Shown: one piece after another, positions 1 to 12,861 of the stretch
Numbering within the stretch: the stretch's first letter is position 1
How the letters are laid out: the number at the start of each line of letters is the position of its first letter
DNA from: Heterodontus francisci
Lineage: Eukaryota
DNA length: 64,000 nucleotides
Reading direction: 5' to 3'
NCBI RefSeq assembly: GCF_036365525.1
Contig: NC_090403.1
Location: 53,321,095-53,385,094 of the forward strand
The notes under the pieces: model-generated
What the model was told of the DNA's origin: nothing
Database searches by the model: none
What the model saw: only the letters and a program-made list of their open reading frames with translations
Translations under genes and position numbers: made by a program

Positions 1-1093
1 ATTTATTTCTGTTTGCACTATCAGTTCATCTGCTTTGTTTCGAATGCTGCGTGTATTCAGATAGAGAGCCTTTAGTTTTATACTTTTATTATTTTTGTAA
101 CCTCTAGCCTGCTGATTTACTCAGATTTGTACACTATCCCTTCCTCTCACGGTCTGTTTATCTTTTTCCCATATTAATACTTTTCTCTCTTGCCTTGTCT
201 CTTCCTTGATTTACCACATTTTCCCAAATTTGATCCCTTGCCCCCACTATTTCGTTTAAAATCATCTCTACTTCCCTAGTTAGGCGGCTCGCTAGAACAC
301 TGGACCTAGCACGGTTCAGGTATCTACCATCCCAGTGGTACAGCCCCCACTTTTCCCAGTACTGGTGCCAGTGCACCAGCAACCGGAACCCACTTGTACC
401 CCACCAATCTTTGAGCCACACATTCATTTCTCTATTCTTATTTACCCTACTCCAATTTTCATGTGGCTCAGGTAATAATCCAGAGATTATTACCTTTTTG
501 AGGTTCTGCTTATTTTGGTGCCTTGCTCTTCATATTGACTATGCAGAACCTCTTTCCTTGTCCTTCCTATGTCGTTGGTACCTACATGGACCATGACGAC
601 TGGATCCTCCCCCTCCCACAGTAAGTTCCTCTCCAGCCTTGAGCAGATGTCCCAAACCCTGGCACCGGGCAGGCAACACAGCCTCTGGACTGTCACTCCT
701 TTCTGCAGAGAACAGTGTCAATCCCCCTCTCGATACTGTCCCCTACTACCACTACATTTCTTTTTGCTCCTCCCGCTTGAACGGCTTCCTATATCATGGT
801 ACATGGTCAGTTGGCTCATCCACACCTACAGGCCTCACGCTTGTCCATACAAGCTGCAAGAACCTCGAACTTATTGGTCAATTGTAAGGGCTGAGGCTCC
901 TCCACTCTCATCTTCTCAATTTTCCCCTTACCTGCCTGACTTGCAGTCACACCTTCCTGTCCCTGACCACTGACCAAAACAGACTACCTTATCCTAAGGG
1001 GTGTGACTGCCTTCTGGAGCGAAGTGTCCAGGTAACTTCTCCCTCCCTGATGCATCGCAGTGTCTACAGCTCGGCCTCCAGCTCAATGACTCC
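1..1093 (-). mobile_element. CR1-clade LINE fragment: end of ORF1 (coiled coil + SGNH esterase-like) and start of ORF2 endonuclease; runs off the left edge
   Basis: Minus strand gives RVIELEAEL near 1070-1093, VHVGTNDIGR (ORF 490..696), WGLYHWDG..LN (158..427) and ALYLNTRSIRNKADEL at 1-70. Frames are broken. Confidence 0.88.
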
Positions 1094-1947
1094 AACCCAT
1101 AAATTTATACCTTGGTCACCGCAGTAGAGCTTGTTAGGAATCCACTTGTTTGGTAAACCCAGGAAGGCAGTACTAATTGAGGCATTCATATTTATTCTTT
1201 GAAGGCTGAGCTGCACAAACATAAAGTTGTTCATAAATTATGCAGCAATGATATAATCAGGACTGCTACAGTGTAGCAATTGTAGCTGAATTGTTGCTTA
1301 GAATACACAGGACAAAGAATTATTTTATATCCTTAGTTGTCTGAGACAGGTACATTTGAAGTGAGACAGGTGATGTATTTCAAGAATATGCCTTGGGGAT
1401 TGCTGTGATTTTGCAATCTTTTGTTCTGCCCTGGTTAACTATGGGACTGGGTGATAAAGTGGATTGGGACTGTACATTCACCTCTGGGACCTTGGTGCGT
1501 ATTCATCCCACACAGATGGAATGAAAATCCCTTTGCTGGCAACAGCTGTCAGACTGGAAGGCGTTCAATTTGGAACTGCTCTTTTCCAGTAGTTGTCCGG
1601 ATTTCCATTGCATATGACTTATTTCACAGTATTGTTTTAAGATTGACCATAACAATTGCAATCATTGGAAGTAGAAGTATGGCATATAGAGCATGGTTCT
1701 AATAAACTGAACCAACAATGTGTATACAGCAGAAAGGCCTAATCTTTTCCTTTTCCCTCTCCGCTTAAAATGCAGATTCTTGCTAGAATATGACTCCTGT
1801 GGTTCCTTTTCATAGGGTCATGTTTTGTGTGTGCCTTGCGTTGCTATATCTGATCAAGCAATACTTAGGATTGGGTGGAGTGGAAAATGTAATGGGCTTC
1901 CTAACTCCATGATCCCTAACCCCTATCCCGGCTCCCTAACCCCAATT

Positions 1948-2321
1948 TGATTTGATAGAGGTGTTCAAAATCATGAGGGGCCTGCACAGAGAAGATAGGG
2001 AGAAACTGTTCCTACTCATGAAAGGATCGAGGATGAGAGGTCACAGATTTAAAGTAATTGGTAAAAGAAGTATAAGCGACATGAGGAAAAACTTTTTCTC
2101 GCAGTGAGTGGTTAAGGTCTGGAATGCACTGCCTGAGAGTGTGGTGGAGACAGGTTCAATTGAAGCATTCAAAAGGGAATTAAACTGTTATATGAAAAGG
2201 AAGAATGTGCAGGGTTGCGGAGAGAAGGCAGGAGAATGGCACTAATGAATTGCTCGTTCAGATAGTTGGCGCAGATAAGATGGGCTGAATAACCTTCTGT
2301 GCTGTAACAATTCTGTGATTC
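1948..2321 (+). mobile_element. CR1 LINE 3' end, 5'-truncated
   Basis: Encodes DLIEVFKIMRG...RGHRFKV...WNALPESVVE and ends in the CR1 tail 'tgggctgaataaccttctgtgctgtaacaattctgtgattct'. Confidence 0.88.
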
Positions 2322-2491
2322 TCGTGATGCATTATCCATGTCATTTGAGGATATCTAGGGAAATTCAAATTAAAATGAAACTTGAAGAAGCATATGACTA
2401 ATGTAGGGTTAGTACCACAGAAGAAAATGAAGTGGATTATTGAGAATATAAGGGAGAGCAAGAAAAGAGTATAATGGCTGGAGAGAAGGTA

Positions 2492-2700
2492 TGAACATAG
2501 GAACGGGAGTAGGCCATTCAGGTCCCCAATCTATTCTGTCATTCTGTTAGGTCATGTCTGATCTGTACCTCAACTGTGTTTGATGGAATTTTCTCTGTAT
2601 CCCTCAATGTCTTTACTTAACAAAAATCTAACTATTTTAGTTTCGAAAATTTCAATTGACCCAGCAGTTAATGTCTTTTTATGGGAGAGATTTCCACTTT
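2492..2700 (-). mobile_element. Old CR1 3' end
   Basis: Begins 'gaacataggaacgggagtaggccattcag', the reverse complement of a CR1 3' tail; diverged. Confidence 0.7.
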
Positions 2701-2779
2701 ACAATTCAAATTTTCATTATTCTTTTTGTGGCAGGTAACATATGTAAAATGATATTCAGGGTAAGGCCAACTGGAGATG

Positions 2780-4280
2780 AAAAGAAATCTTGAGGATGAA
2801 CGAATGGCAGAGATACAGTATGAGTACTTTCCCTTGGTTTTCTTGGAAGATTGTGGTAGTGGAAATGAGAAGGTACAGGTGGAAAGATTAGAGCAATTAG
2901 ACAGGAAGACTGTCGATAAGGAAGTTGTATTGAAAAAAACTTGTGGCGCTCACAGTGAAAAAGGAAATGGTCTCTCATAGCATGCTGAGAAAGGAATTAG
3001 CTGTCTTTGGCCACAACTGTTCAAACATCCTTAGACATAGAGGTTGTACCAGAGGGATTGTTGAGTTGCCAGTGTAAGATGTCTGGGCAGAGAGGGAGAA
3101 AGGGATAAATCAGGTAATTATAGACCAACCAGTCAGTCATGCATTAGTAGCAGGTAAGTTTCTGTAGGCTGTTGTACGGGATAAAATTAATAGTTACTTA
3201 AACTTCTAAGGAGAGCTGATGTGGATTTGTAAAAGGTATATTAAAGGAAATGTGGCAACTTGGATAGGAAGTTGGTTAAGGGCAGAGAGCAGAGTGATGG
3301 TTAATGGACATTCAGAATGGAGGGATGTAAATAGTGGCGTCTGTCAGGAATCGGGGTTGAGACCATTACTTGAGCACTGGAGCACAGTACTGCACCAAAG
3401 ATTGTAGACATTTACAGAAAAGGGAACGTGGTTAACTGTGGAAAGATTTAGACTTCAGGAGATGTGGAAAGTTTAGTAGATTAGTAAGTTATATTTAAGA
3501 TGAAATTTAATGCAGAGGAATGGAAGGTGCTACATTTTTGGAGGTAAAAAAGAAAAAACACAGTAAATAGTAAGACCTGAGTTGGAGCAGAGAATGTTTA
3601 GCTTTCAGAAATGTAAATCTTTAAAACTGGGAGGAAAGGTTGACAAGGCTGTCAAGAAAATCTATAGCAAGCAGCCTGCATCTGATATAAAAACAGAACT
3701 GCTGGAAATACTTGGGTTTGGCATCTGAGGTTTTATACATGTGGTATTGAGTATAAAAGCAAAGAGGTAATTCTAAATAGAAATCATTGGTTAAGTTTCA
3801 GATGGAATATTTTGTCCAGTTTTGGGCACTCTACTTTCAGAAGGATGTCAAAACTTTGGAGAGGATGCAGATGAGATTCACTAAGATGATACCAAGGATG
3901 AGGGGCTTTAGTTATAAGAAACCATAGAAACTATGAACTTTTCATCAGAATAGATAAAAGTTAAGAGGAGTTCTGCTATTGATGCAAATATGCAAAAATT
4001 ATTTCCATGAGTCAGTAACTCGGGATCTAAAGTTAAGATCAACAAAAGGCAGAAAGGAGTGTTTGGAGAATATTTTCATTTTTTGCAGTTATTGGGTTAT
4101 TGAATGCTGTTCCAGAAACTCTTGGAAGCAGCATCTATAATACCTTCTAGAAAGGAAATAGATAAAATATTTGAAGAAGCAATAAGGGTAGGACTAAAAG
4201 CCACGGGAATTGGATGAGATGGGTATCTCTTTCAGAGAGCCAGCACAAGGCTGAATGACTATCTCCTATACTGTAAAACT
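2780..4280 (+). mobile_element. Heavily decayed CR1 ORF2 (RT) and 3' UTR
   Basis: Remnants NYRP.S, WIGSWL..RVMVNG.SEWRDVNSGV.Q.SGL.PLL (ORF 3219..3407) and 'ccagttttgggcactctacttt'; tail 'ggctgaatgactatctcctatactgtaa'. Confidence 0.78.
3680..3727 (-). mobile_element. Possible fragment of the short PLE-derived element inside the old CR1
   Basis: 'tctgatataaaaacagaactgctggaaatact' resembles 36646-36769 and 55547-55678. Confidence 0.4.
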
Positions 4281-4724
4281 GTGGAATTTACTTTGGATGT
4301 AAAATTCAGCATACATGGGCAAATATAAACTATATGTAACTGGAACTTGTACAGGGAAATTTTCTGAAGTACTGATCTGGGATAAATTGGAAATAACCAT
4401 TAGCAGCTCAAGGGACTTTGGTCGATTGTGTTTTGCTCTGGTATCTATCTTTACTGTGCCTTTGTCTTTAAAAGCTTTGAAGCAAAGTTTTAAAAAAAAA
4501 ACAATCAGATTTTTTTGAAGTGTAACTTTGTCAGTTCATTTACATTATATACAATTTTATTTAATATGCATCAGGTGGTGATTGTTTAGGTTGCAACTTC
4601 CAAATGCAGACTTTTTATAATTTTCACAAAATTGCAGATTGATTTGGATAAAGAAGGCCTTTTGGCTCAATTATTCTCATCCTTCCAGAGCACTAACACC
4701 ACAGTTCTCCAATTACAACTTTTA

Positions 4725-5270
4725 ACATCCACCTGAATAGGCAAACAGGACCCCAGTTTAACATCATTTGGAGCATCTCTGGCAATCCTGCAGTCTTTCA
4801 ATGTTAGTCTGGAATGTCAGCCTGGATCTTGTATTCAGATTCAAGTTTAGTTTAGTTGAGTTTAGAGATACAGCACTGAAACAGGCCCTTCGGCCCACCG
4901 AGTCTGTGCCGACCATCAACCACCCATTTATACTAATGCTACACTAATCCCATATTCCTACCACATCCCCACCTGTCCCTATATTTCCCTACCACCTACC
5001 AACACTAGGGGCAATTGCTAATGGCCAATTTATCTATCAACCTGCAAGTCTTTGGCATGTGGGAGGAAACCGGAGCACCCGGAGGAAACCCACGCAAACA
5101 CAGGGAGAACTTGCAAACTCCACACAGGCAGTACCCAGAATTGAACCCGGGTCACTCGAGCTGTGAGGCTGTGGTGCTAACCGCTGCGCCACTGTGCCGC
5201 CCAAGTGTTGGGGTTAGGTTGTACAACCTTATGACCCACAGATTAAAGTGTCACTGTGCCAAGCTGATGC
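4725..5270 (-). mobile_element. Degenerate DeuSINE (SacSINE1-like) 5' part, interrupted by an HE1 SINE
   Basis: 'catccacctgaataggcaaacaggaccccagtttaacatc...gtcagcctggatc' parallels 29690-29820; head-like sequence resumes after 5203. Confidence 0.6.
4845..5202 (-). mobile_element. HE1-type SINE (V-SINE, tRNA-derived head, CR1/HER1-type tail)
   Basis: Reverse complement starts gggcggcacagtggcgcagcggttagc, has B-box gggttcaattc, the central 'gcgtgggtttcctccgggtgctccggtttcctcccaca' and a (ctaaa)n tail. Candidate TSD caagt (4842-4846, 5202-5206). Confidence 0.93.
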
Positions 5271-5281
5271 TTGTAGCACAA

Positions 5282-6523
5282 TTTGACCAACTTGATCAAA
5301 TTTTTTGAAGAAGTAATAAGGAAGATAGATGAGGGTAATGCAGTTGATGTAGTCTGCATGTATTTTAGCAAGGCTTTTGACAAGGTCCCACATGGCAGAC
5401 TGGTTAAAAAAAAAAATCCCATGGAATCCAGGGAAATGCAGCAAGGTGAATACAAAATTGGCTCAGTGGCAGGAAACAAAGGGTAACTGTTGACAGCAGT
5501 TTTAGCAACTGGAGGGCTGTTTCCAGTGGCGTTCTTTAGGGCTCAGTACTGGGTCCCCTGCTTATTAACAATTTGGACGTAAATGTAGGGGGCATGATCA
5601 AGAAGTTTACAGGCGGCACAAAGATTGACCATGTGGTAGATAGCGAGGAGGATAGCTGTAGGCTGCAGGAAGATATTGATGGTCAGATGGGCAGAAAAGT
5701 GGCAAATGGAATTCAACTTGGAGAAATGTGAGGTAATACATTTGCGAGGTCGAACAAGGCAAAAGAATACACGATTAATGGAAAAATACTGAAGTGTCGA
5801 GGAAGTAAGGGACGTTGGAGTGAATGTCCACAGATGCCTGAAGGTAGCAGGACAGGTCGATAAGGTGGTTAAGAAGGCAAATGGAATCCTTTCTTGTATT
5901 AGGCGAGGTATAGAATACAAGAGCAGGGAGGTTATGTTGGAACTGTATAACTCATTGGTTAGGCCACAACTTGAATACACTGTGCAGTCCTGGTCACCTC
6001 ATTACAGAAAGGATGTAATTGCACTAGAGAGGGTAAAGAGAAGATTTACGAGGATGTTGCCGGGATTGGAAAAATGCAGCTGTGAGAAAAGATTGGATAG
6101 GCTGGGGTTGTTCTCCTTGGAACAGAGAAGGCTGAGGGGAGATATGATTGAAATGTACAAAATTTTGAGGGGTTTGTATAGAGTGGAGGTGAAGGGTTTA
6201 TTCACCTTAGCAGAGGGGTCAGTGACAAGAGGGCATAAATTTAAAGTGATTGGTAGAAAAATTAGAGGGGGGATGAGTAAAATCCTTTTCACCCAGAGGG
6301 TGGTGGGCATCTGGAACTCACTGCCTGAAAGGGTAGTTGAGGCAGAGACCCTCAACTCATTCAAAAGGAGTCTGGATATGCACCTCAAGTGCCGTAATCT
6401 GCAGAGCTACGAACCAAATGTTGGAAGGTGGGATTAGAATAGGTGGATCGTTTATCGGCTGGAACAGACATGATGGGCCAAGTGGCCTCTTTCTGTGCCT
6501 TAAACTTTCTATTACTCTATGAT
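5282..6523 (+). mobile_element. CR1 LINE, 5'-truncated (RT C-terminal half and 3' UTR)
   Basis: ORFs 5283..5486 (FSKAFDKVPH) and 5820..6437 (LVRPQLEY...WSPHY...RRLRGD...WNSLP); tail 'ctttctattactctatgatt'. Confidence 0.93.
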
Positions 6524-9500
6524 TTGCACTATGTAGCTTGGCTTTATCAGAATCTCAAGATGTTCTGTACTAACTGATTAAAGAATGAAGTTCCCATTTA
6601 TTGAATTTATTTTTGATGTGGGTAAATCAATATAAAATCAAGACTCTGCAGGGACAAGAACCCAAAACTTCTGAACAATGGCTGAGTCACTCACTAGAAG
6701 ACCAATATATTGTAAATGGTACAACAGAACCAAATAATTATAATGTGCAAATAGAGGTTTCTGTAGTTGGTTCCTCCTTTAAAGCCTCTAAAGTTATAAT
6801 TAGAAATAAACATTACAATGCAATGGGTGAAATAAGTGGTCCAGAATAGAGAGGCAGTCAACCAGTTTATCTACAGGGTAATGATTACAGGGGTGATTAT
6901 AAAGCTGCAATCTGGCAGAGAACTGCAGATGGTGTTTAAACCCTCGGAGCTAAACTCAGGTAGTGTACAATGGTAATCTGAGCACTTGGTTTGAAGTAAA
7001 AACTTGGTTTGAAGCATAGCTTTGCAGCCTCTGCTGTGGTATCTTATAGCAGATTTTGGTTTTCATTTCATGACAGGAGGATTATTCTGGTCAAACTCTT
7101 TAATAGTATCTGCTGTTGAAGATACTGAATTGTCTTGTGATCAGTATCCTTAATGTGTAATGCTAATGTACAAGGATTAATGGCAGTGCCATTACTGCAG
7201 ACCTATTGAGAAATAATCTCCTGTTGCTACCAAGGGCATTTTGTCATATATAAATACACACAGCATTTTGCAGTAATTGCTATTCATTTTGTTTAAAGTT
7301 GTGAATGTGAAGTATTGTGCTTCGGTTTTGGGAAGGTGGATGTGGTGTTACAGATATTTTATTCAAAGCAAGAAAGGTGATGCAGATTATGCAGCAGTTT
7401 CAGGAATTGCTGTTAATCCACCAGAATTTGTTCATCTTTTCAGCAGTTTTCCCTTTGGAAATTTTGTTTCTGGAACAACCTTTGGTAAACTGGTAGAGTT
7501 GCTACAATATTGATGTGCAGCCACCAGCTGGAAAGTATTCATCTGGCGGGAGAGACACAGTACCGTATTTGGTCACGATCTTTTGAGGTTCATGGAATTT
7601 ACAAGTTGGCAAGATTGATGCATCATATAAAAATTGAAGAACTCTCATAATTCTCAGATTGCATTGAGTTTACTCACAAAAGTCAAGATATGCAAGGATT
7701 CTTGAAAAGACATTCTGCATAAGCCAATTTGAGGGGTAACTATGGAAGCAAGAATAGTGGAATTTGAGAAACTTCTACATCATTTCACACACAAGTATAC
7801 CTCAAAGAACCTGCTTTAGCCTAATTTAATTAGAAAATGAAAATCACTGCCACGTATGTACAAAACAAAACTAAACTAATCGAGCAGCCAAAGAACAATA
7901 TAAAAGGAGTATACTAATAAGAAAAGGCATGCCTTGGCATCCCTTGGCAATCAAGGGAGGATTTTAAGGGTTAATCCCTCTAAAGTCTGGTTTTTGTTTG
8001 GTTTACATTTAGCAACTAATTGAAATTGCTGTTTAAGTTGAGAGGTAAGTTAGGTTTCTTCTAGTTTTAAACAGGAATATACAAGCTCTGAGTAGCTGTA
8101 GCTAGTTAATTAGGTAGGTAGCTAGCTGAAACTGGTTTCTGAGCTCTAGCAGAGCTGTCACTACATTGTTTTCAGAGTATAAATTCAGGGGACTTTCAGC
8201 GCTGCCTGTCTGCATTGAGTACTGCTAGAGAGCACAGAGTGTGAAGAAGGGAGTTTGATAAGGGGAGGAGCTATGAATTAATTAAGAAAAAATTTGTCTA
8301 CACTGAGAGCTACTTTGAGTGCACAGTGTAAAGTGGGAGTTTGGCGCGTGAGGGAGGGACTCCTTTCTTTTTCGACCTTTTTTTCAGCCTCTAGTAGCTG
8401 CCTCTTTCTTTGGTACAGGGGAAGATGCTGATTGGTGAGTAACTGGGAAGTTATTCTACTTCTAATTGTAATAAATAGATTTTAAACTTACGATATGACG
8501 GGTCAGCTCGGCCAAGTGGAATGTGCATCCTGCGGTATGTGGGAAGTCGTGGACGCAGCACGTGCCCTAGATGAACACATTTGCAGGAAGTGTCACCTGC
8601 TTCAGAAGCTTGCGCTCCGGGTTTCGGAACTCGAGCGGCAGCTGGAGTCACTGTTGTGCATCTGCTAGGCAAGGATGGATAGCATGTGTAGGGAGGTGGT
8701 TACACCGCAGGTAGGAGCATGCAGGCAGAGGGGGAATGGGTGACTGCTAGGCAGTCCAAGACAACCAGGCAAGCTGTGCAGGAGTCCCCTGAGTCTATCT
8801 TGCTTGCTAATCGGTTTTCCATTTTGGATACTGGTGAGGGTGATGGTTCCTCAGGGGAGTGCAGCCAGAGCACAGTCCATGGCATCACAGGTGGCTCAGC
8901 TGCACAGGAGGGGAGGAAGATGAGTGGAAAAGCAATAGTGATTCGATAGTCAGGGAATCAGACAGGAGTTTCTCCGGCAGTAAACGTGACTCCAGGATGG
9001 TATGTTCCTCCCTGGTGCTAGGGTCAAGGATGTCGAGGAGTGGCTGCAGGTCATCCTTCTGGGGAGGGTGAACAGCCAGAGGTCGTGGTCCAAGGTATGA
9101 CATAGGTAGGAAGAGGGATAAGGTCCTAAAAGCAGATTTTCGGGAGTTAGGAAGGGAATTAAAAAGCAACACCTCAAAAGCGGTAATCTCAAGGTTACTT
9201 CCAGTGCCACGTGCTAGTGAGCATAGGAATAGGAGGATTGATTGATTGATTACATGGCTGGAGAATTGGTGTAGGAAGGAGGACATCAGATTTCTGAGGC
9301 TTTGGGACTGGTTCTGGAGCAGGTGGGACCTGTTTAAGATGGACGGGCTGCACCTTCACAGGACCGGAACAAATATCCTCGCAGGGGGATTTGCTAGTGT
9401 GTCTGGGGAGGGTTTATGCTAGCTTGTCAGGGGGATGGGAACCTGAGGGGTAGCTCAAATTGGAAGGAGGTAAAGCTGGAAACAGGAGGTAGAAAAGTAG

Positions 9501-10091
9501 CAAGCAACATTAGAAGGCAGGTGAAACAAAGGCAAGCATCAACTAGGCTTAGAATGCAGAATAATGTCAAGAAGACAAGGTTAAGGGCGCTCTACCTGAA
9601 TGCACGCAGTATTCGCAACAAAGTAGATGCTTTAAAGGCACAAGTAGAGTTAAATGGCTATGATCTAATTGCCATTATGGAACTGTGGCTACAGGGTGAC
9701 CAAGACTGGGAACTGAATATTCAAGGATATTCAACATTTAGGAAGGACGGGCAAAAAGGAAAAGGAGCATGTGTTGCGCTGATGAGGTGTGGGATCAGTA
9801 CATTAGTAAGGGAGGATCTCAGATCGAAAGAACAAAATGTGGAATCTGTTTGGGTGGAGCTAAGAAACAGCAAGAGGCAACAAACGTTGGTAGGAGCTGT
9901 TTATCGGCCACCAAACTGTAGTAGTAGTGTGGGGCATGGTATTAATCAGGAGATTAGAGAAGCAGGTAGCATGGGTAATACAGAGATCATAGGTGACTTC
10001 AATCTGTGCATAGACTGGGTAAACCTAATGAGCACTAATGTTGTGGAGGACAAGTTTCTGGAGTGTTAGGGATGGTTTTCTAGAGCAGTAT

Positions 10092-11323
10092 TAGAATTAG
10101 AACATTACAGCGCAGTACAGGCCCTTCGGCCCTCGATGTTGCGCCGACCTGTGAAACCATCTGACCTACACTATTCCATTTTCATCCATATGTCTATCCA
10201 ATGACCACTTAAATGCCCTTAAAGTTGGCGAGTCTATTACTGTTGCAGGCAGGGCGTTCCACGCCCCTACTACTCTCAGTAAAGAAACTACCTCTGACAT
10301 CTGTCCTATATCTATCACCCCTCAACTTAAAGCTATGTCCCCTCGTGTTTGCCATCACCATCCGAGGAAAAAGACTCTCACTATCCATCCTATCTAACCC
10401 TCTGATTATCTTATATGTCTCTATTAAGTCACCTCTCCTCCTCCTTCTCTCCAACGAAAACAACCTCAAGTCCCTCAGCCTTTCCTTGTAAGACCTTCCC
10501 TCCATACCAGGCAACATCCTAGTAAATCTCCTCTGCACCCTTTCCAAAGCTTCCACATCCTTCCTATAATGCGGTACTGCACGCAATACTCCAGGTGCGG
10601 CCTCACCAGAGTTTTGTTCAGCTGCAGCATGACCTCGTGGCTCCGAAACTCGATCCCCCTACTAATAAAAGCTAACGCACCATATGCCTTCTTAACAGCC
10701 CTATTAACCTGGGTAGCAACTTTCAGGGATTTATGTACCTGGACACCAAGATCTCTCTGTTCATCTACACTACCAAGAATCTTCCCATTAGCCCAGTACT
10801 CTGCATTCATGTTACTCCTTCCAAAGTGAATCACCTCACACTTTTCCGCATTAAACTCCATTTGCCATCTCTCACCCCAGCTCTGCAGCCTATCTATGTC
10901 CCTCTGTAACCTACAACATCCTTCGGCACCATCCACAACTCCACCGACCTTCGTGTCATCCGTAAATTTACTAACCCACCCTTCTCCACCCTCTTCTAGG
11001 TCATTTATAAAAATGACAAACAGCAGTGGCCCCAAAACAGATCCTTGTGGTACACCACTAGTAACTAAACTCCAGGATGAACATTTACCATCAACCACCA
11101 CCCTCTGTCTTCTTTCAGCTAGCCAATTTCTGATCCAAAGCTCTAAATCACCTTCAACCCCATACTTCCGTATTTTCTGCAATAGCCTACCGTGGGGAAC
11201 CTTATCAAACGCCTTACTGAAATCCATATACACCACACCCACTGCTTTACCCTCATCCACCTGTTTGGTCACCTTCTCGAAAAATTCAATAAGGTTTGTG
11301 AGGCACGACCTACCCTTCACAAA
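10092..11323 (-). mobile_element. Young CR1 (HER1-like) inserted antisense into the older CR1
   Basis: ORFs 10475..11320 and 10209..10586 are CR1 RT. The 5-bp TSD agtat is at 10087-10091 and 11324-11328, and the host frame continues across it. Confidence 0.94.
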
Positions 11324-12185
11324 AGTATGATGAGGAACTGACTAGAGAACAGGCTATTTTAGATCTAGTATTATGTAATGAGAAAGGGCTAATTAATCTT
11401 GTTGTAAAAGAACCTTTAGGGATGAGTGACCATAATATGATAGAATTTTACATTATATTTGAAAGTGAGGTAGTTTAATTTGAAGCCAGGGTGTTGAATT
11501 TGAACAAAGCAAATTATGAAGGTTTGAGGGGCAAATTGACTGAGGTGGATTGGGGAACTACATTAAAAGGCATGACAGTACATAAGCAATAGATAGCCTT
11601 CAAAGAATTATTACATAGTTTACAGCAACTGTACATTCCTTCAAGGCACAAAAATCCTAAAAGTAAAGGTATTCAACCGTGGCTAGCAAAGGAAATTAAG
11701 GATTGTATAAGATTAAAAGGAAAGGCCTATAAAGTTGCCAGAAATAGTAGTAAACCTGAGGATTGGGAGGATTTTAGAATACAGCAAAGGAGGACCAAGA
11801 AAACTGATAAAAAAAGGGAGGATAGAATATGAATGTAAACTAGCCAAAAACATAAAATGGACTGTAAAAGCTTCTATAGGTACTTAAAAAGGAAACATTT
11901 GGCTCAGACAAATGTGGGTCCATTACAGGCAGAGTCGGGAGAATTTATAATGGGGAATAGAGAAATGGCAGGGAAGCTAAATGATTACTTGGTGTCTGTC
12001 TTCACTGAGGAAGATAGAAGAAATCTCCCAGAATTAGAGATCCAAGGGATTAGGGAGAATGAGGAATTGAAGGAAATTAGTATTAGTAAGAAGGTTATAT
12101 TGGAGAAATTAATGGGGCTGAAGCTTGATAAGTCCCTGGGACCTGATACTCTACATCCCAGAGTATTGCTGAAAATAGAGACATG

Positions 12186-12221
12186 TTTTTGAAACTTTTC
12201 GTCTTGCACTCATCAGGACAA
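12186..12221 (-). ncRNA. Minimal type I hammerhead ribozyme motif in the inverted pLTR (stems I and III degenerate)
   Basis: Reverse complement: ttgtc CTGATGA gt gcaag ac GAAA agtt TC aaaaa. Confidence 0.65.
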
Positions 12222-12825
12222 TCCACAAGAATACCTATGTAAGGGAAAACAACAACTTTATACTGTATGAGAAGAGAGTTCTGATTGGTTGGCAAGTGAA
12301 CTCTGCACAGGGCCCTGTGTATCTTGCCCGTTGCAAACCGCGGCACGGTACCGGCCATACCCAACCAGCCCGTACTTGCAAAACTCAAAACACAGTGTCC
12401 AACATTAGATGTGATTCCGCGATTGGACAGCATTTGCTAAATAATCCTCAGTGTGCTAAGAATTACGCTGGCAACCAATTTAAGGTTGTCAGTAGGACTC
12501 ACAGTGTGGCGCATTTGCGTGTATTGGAAGCTACATATCTTAATACAGAGGGCCCTGTTCGTTGAAGACAGAAAGAACATGTACAAACATTGCTAAACAA
12601 AATAAGTGACAGCCATTCATTGGTTCATTCCTCAAGGCAGTGCCTTGACCAATCAGAGTCTAGCTGTCTGGTTTAACTTTCAAACAAAGCTTGGCAGTTA
12701 ACTCAGTCACTGTAAACTGGTGCATTCTCCATGGCAACACCTCTACCAATCTTGCCAACCAATCAGCACTCTCATCTCATACAGTATAAAGTTGTTGTTT
12801 TCATTTACATTGGTATTCTTGCGTA

Positions 12826-12861
12826 TTGTCCTGCTGAGTGCAAGATGAAAAGCTTCGACAA
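12826..12861 (+). ncRNA. Minimal type I hammerhead ribozyme motif in the pLTR (core mutated to CUGCUGA)
   Basis: ttgtc CTGCTGA gt gcaag at GAAA agct TC gacaa. Stem I is ttgtc/gacaa and stem III is the palindrome aagctt. Confidence 0.7.

Noticed and set aside
1898-1945. Telomere-like ccctaa motifs
   Set aside because: Only two exact hexamers, not tandem; compatible with chance.
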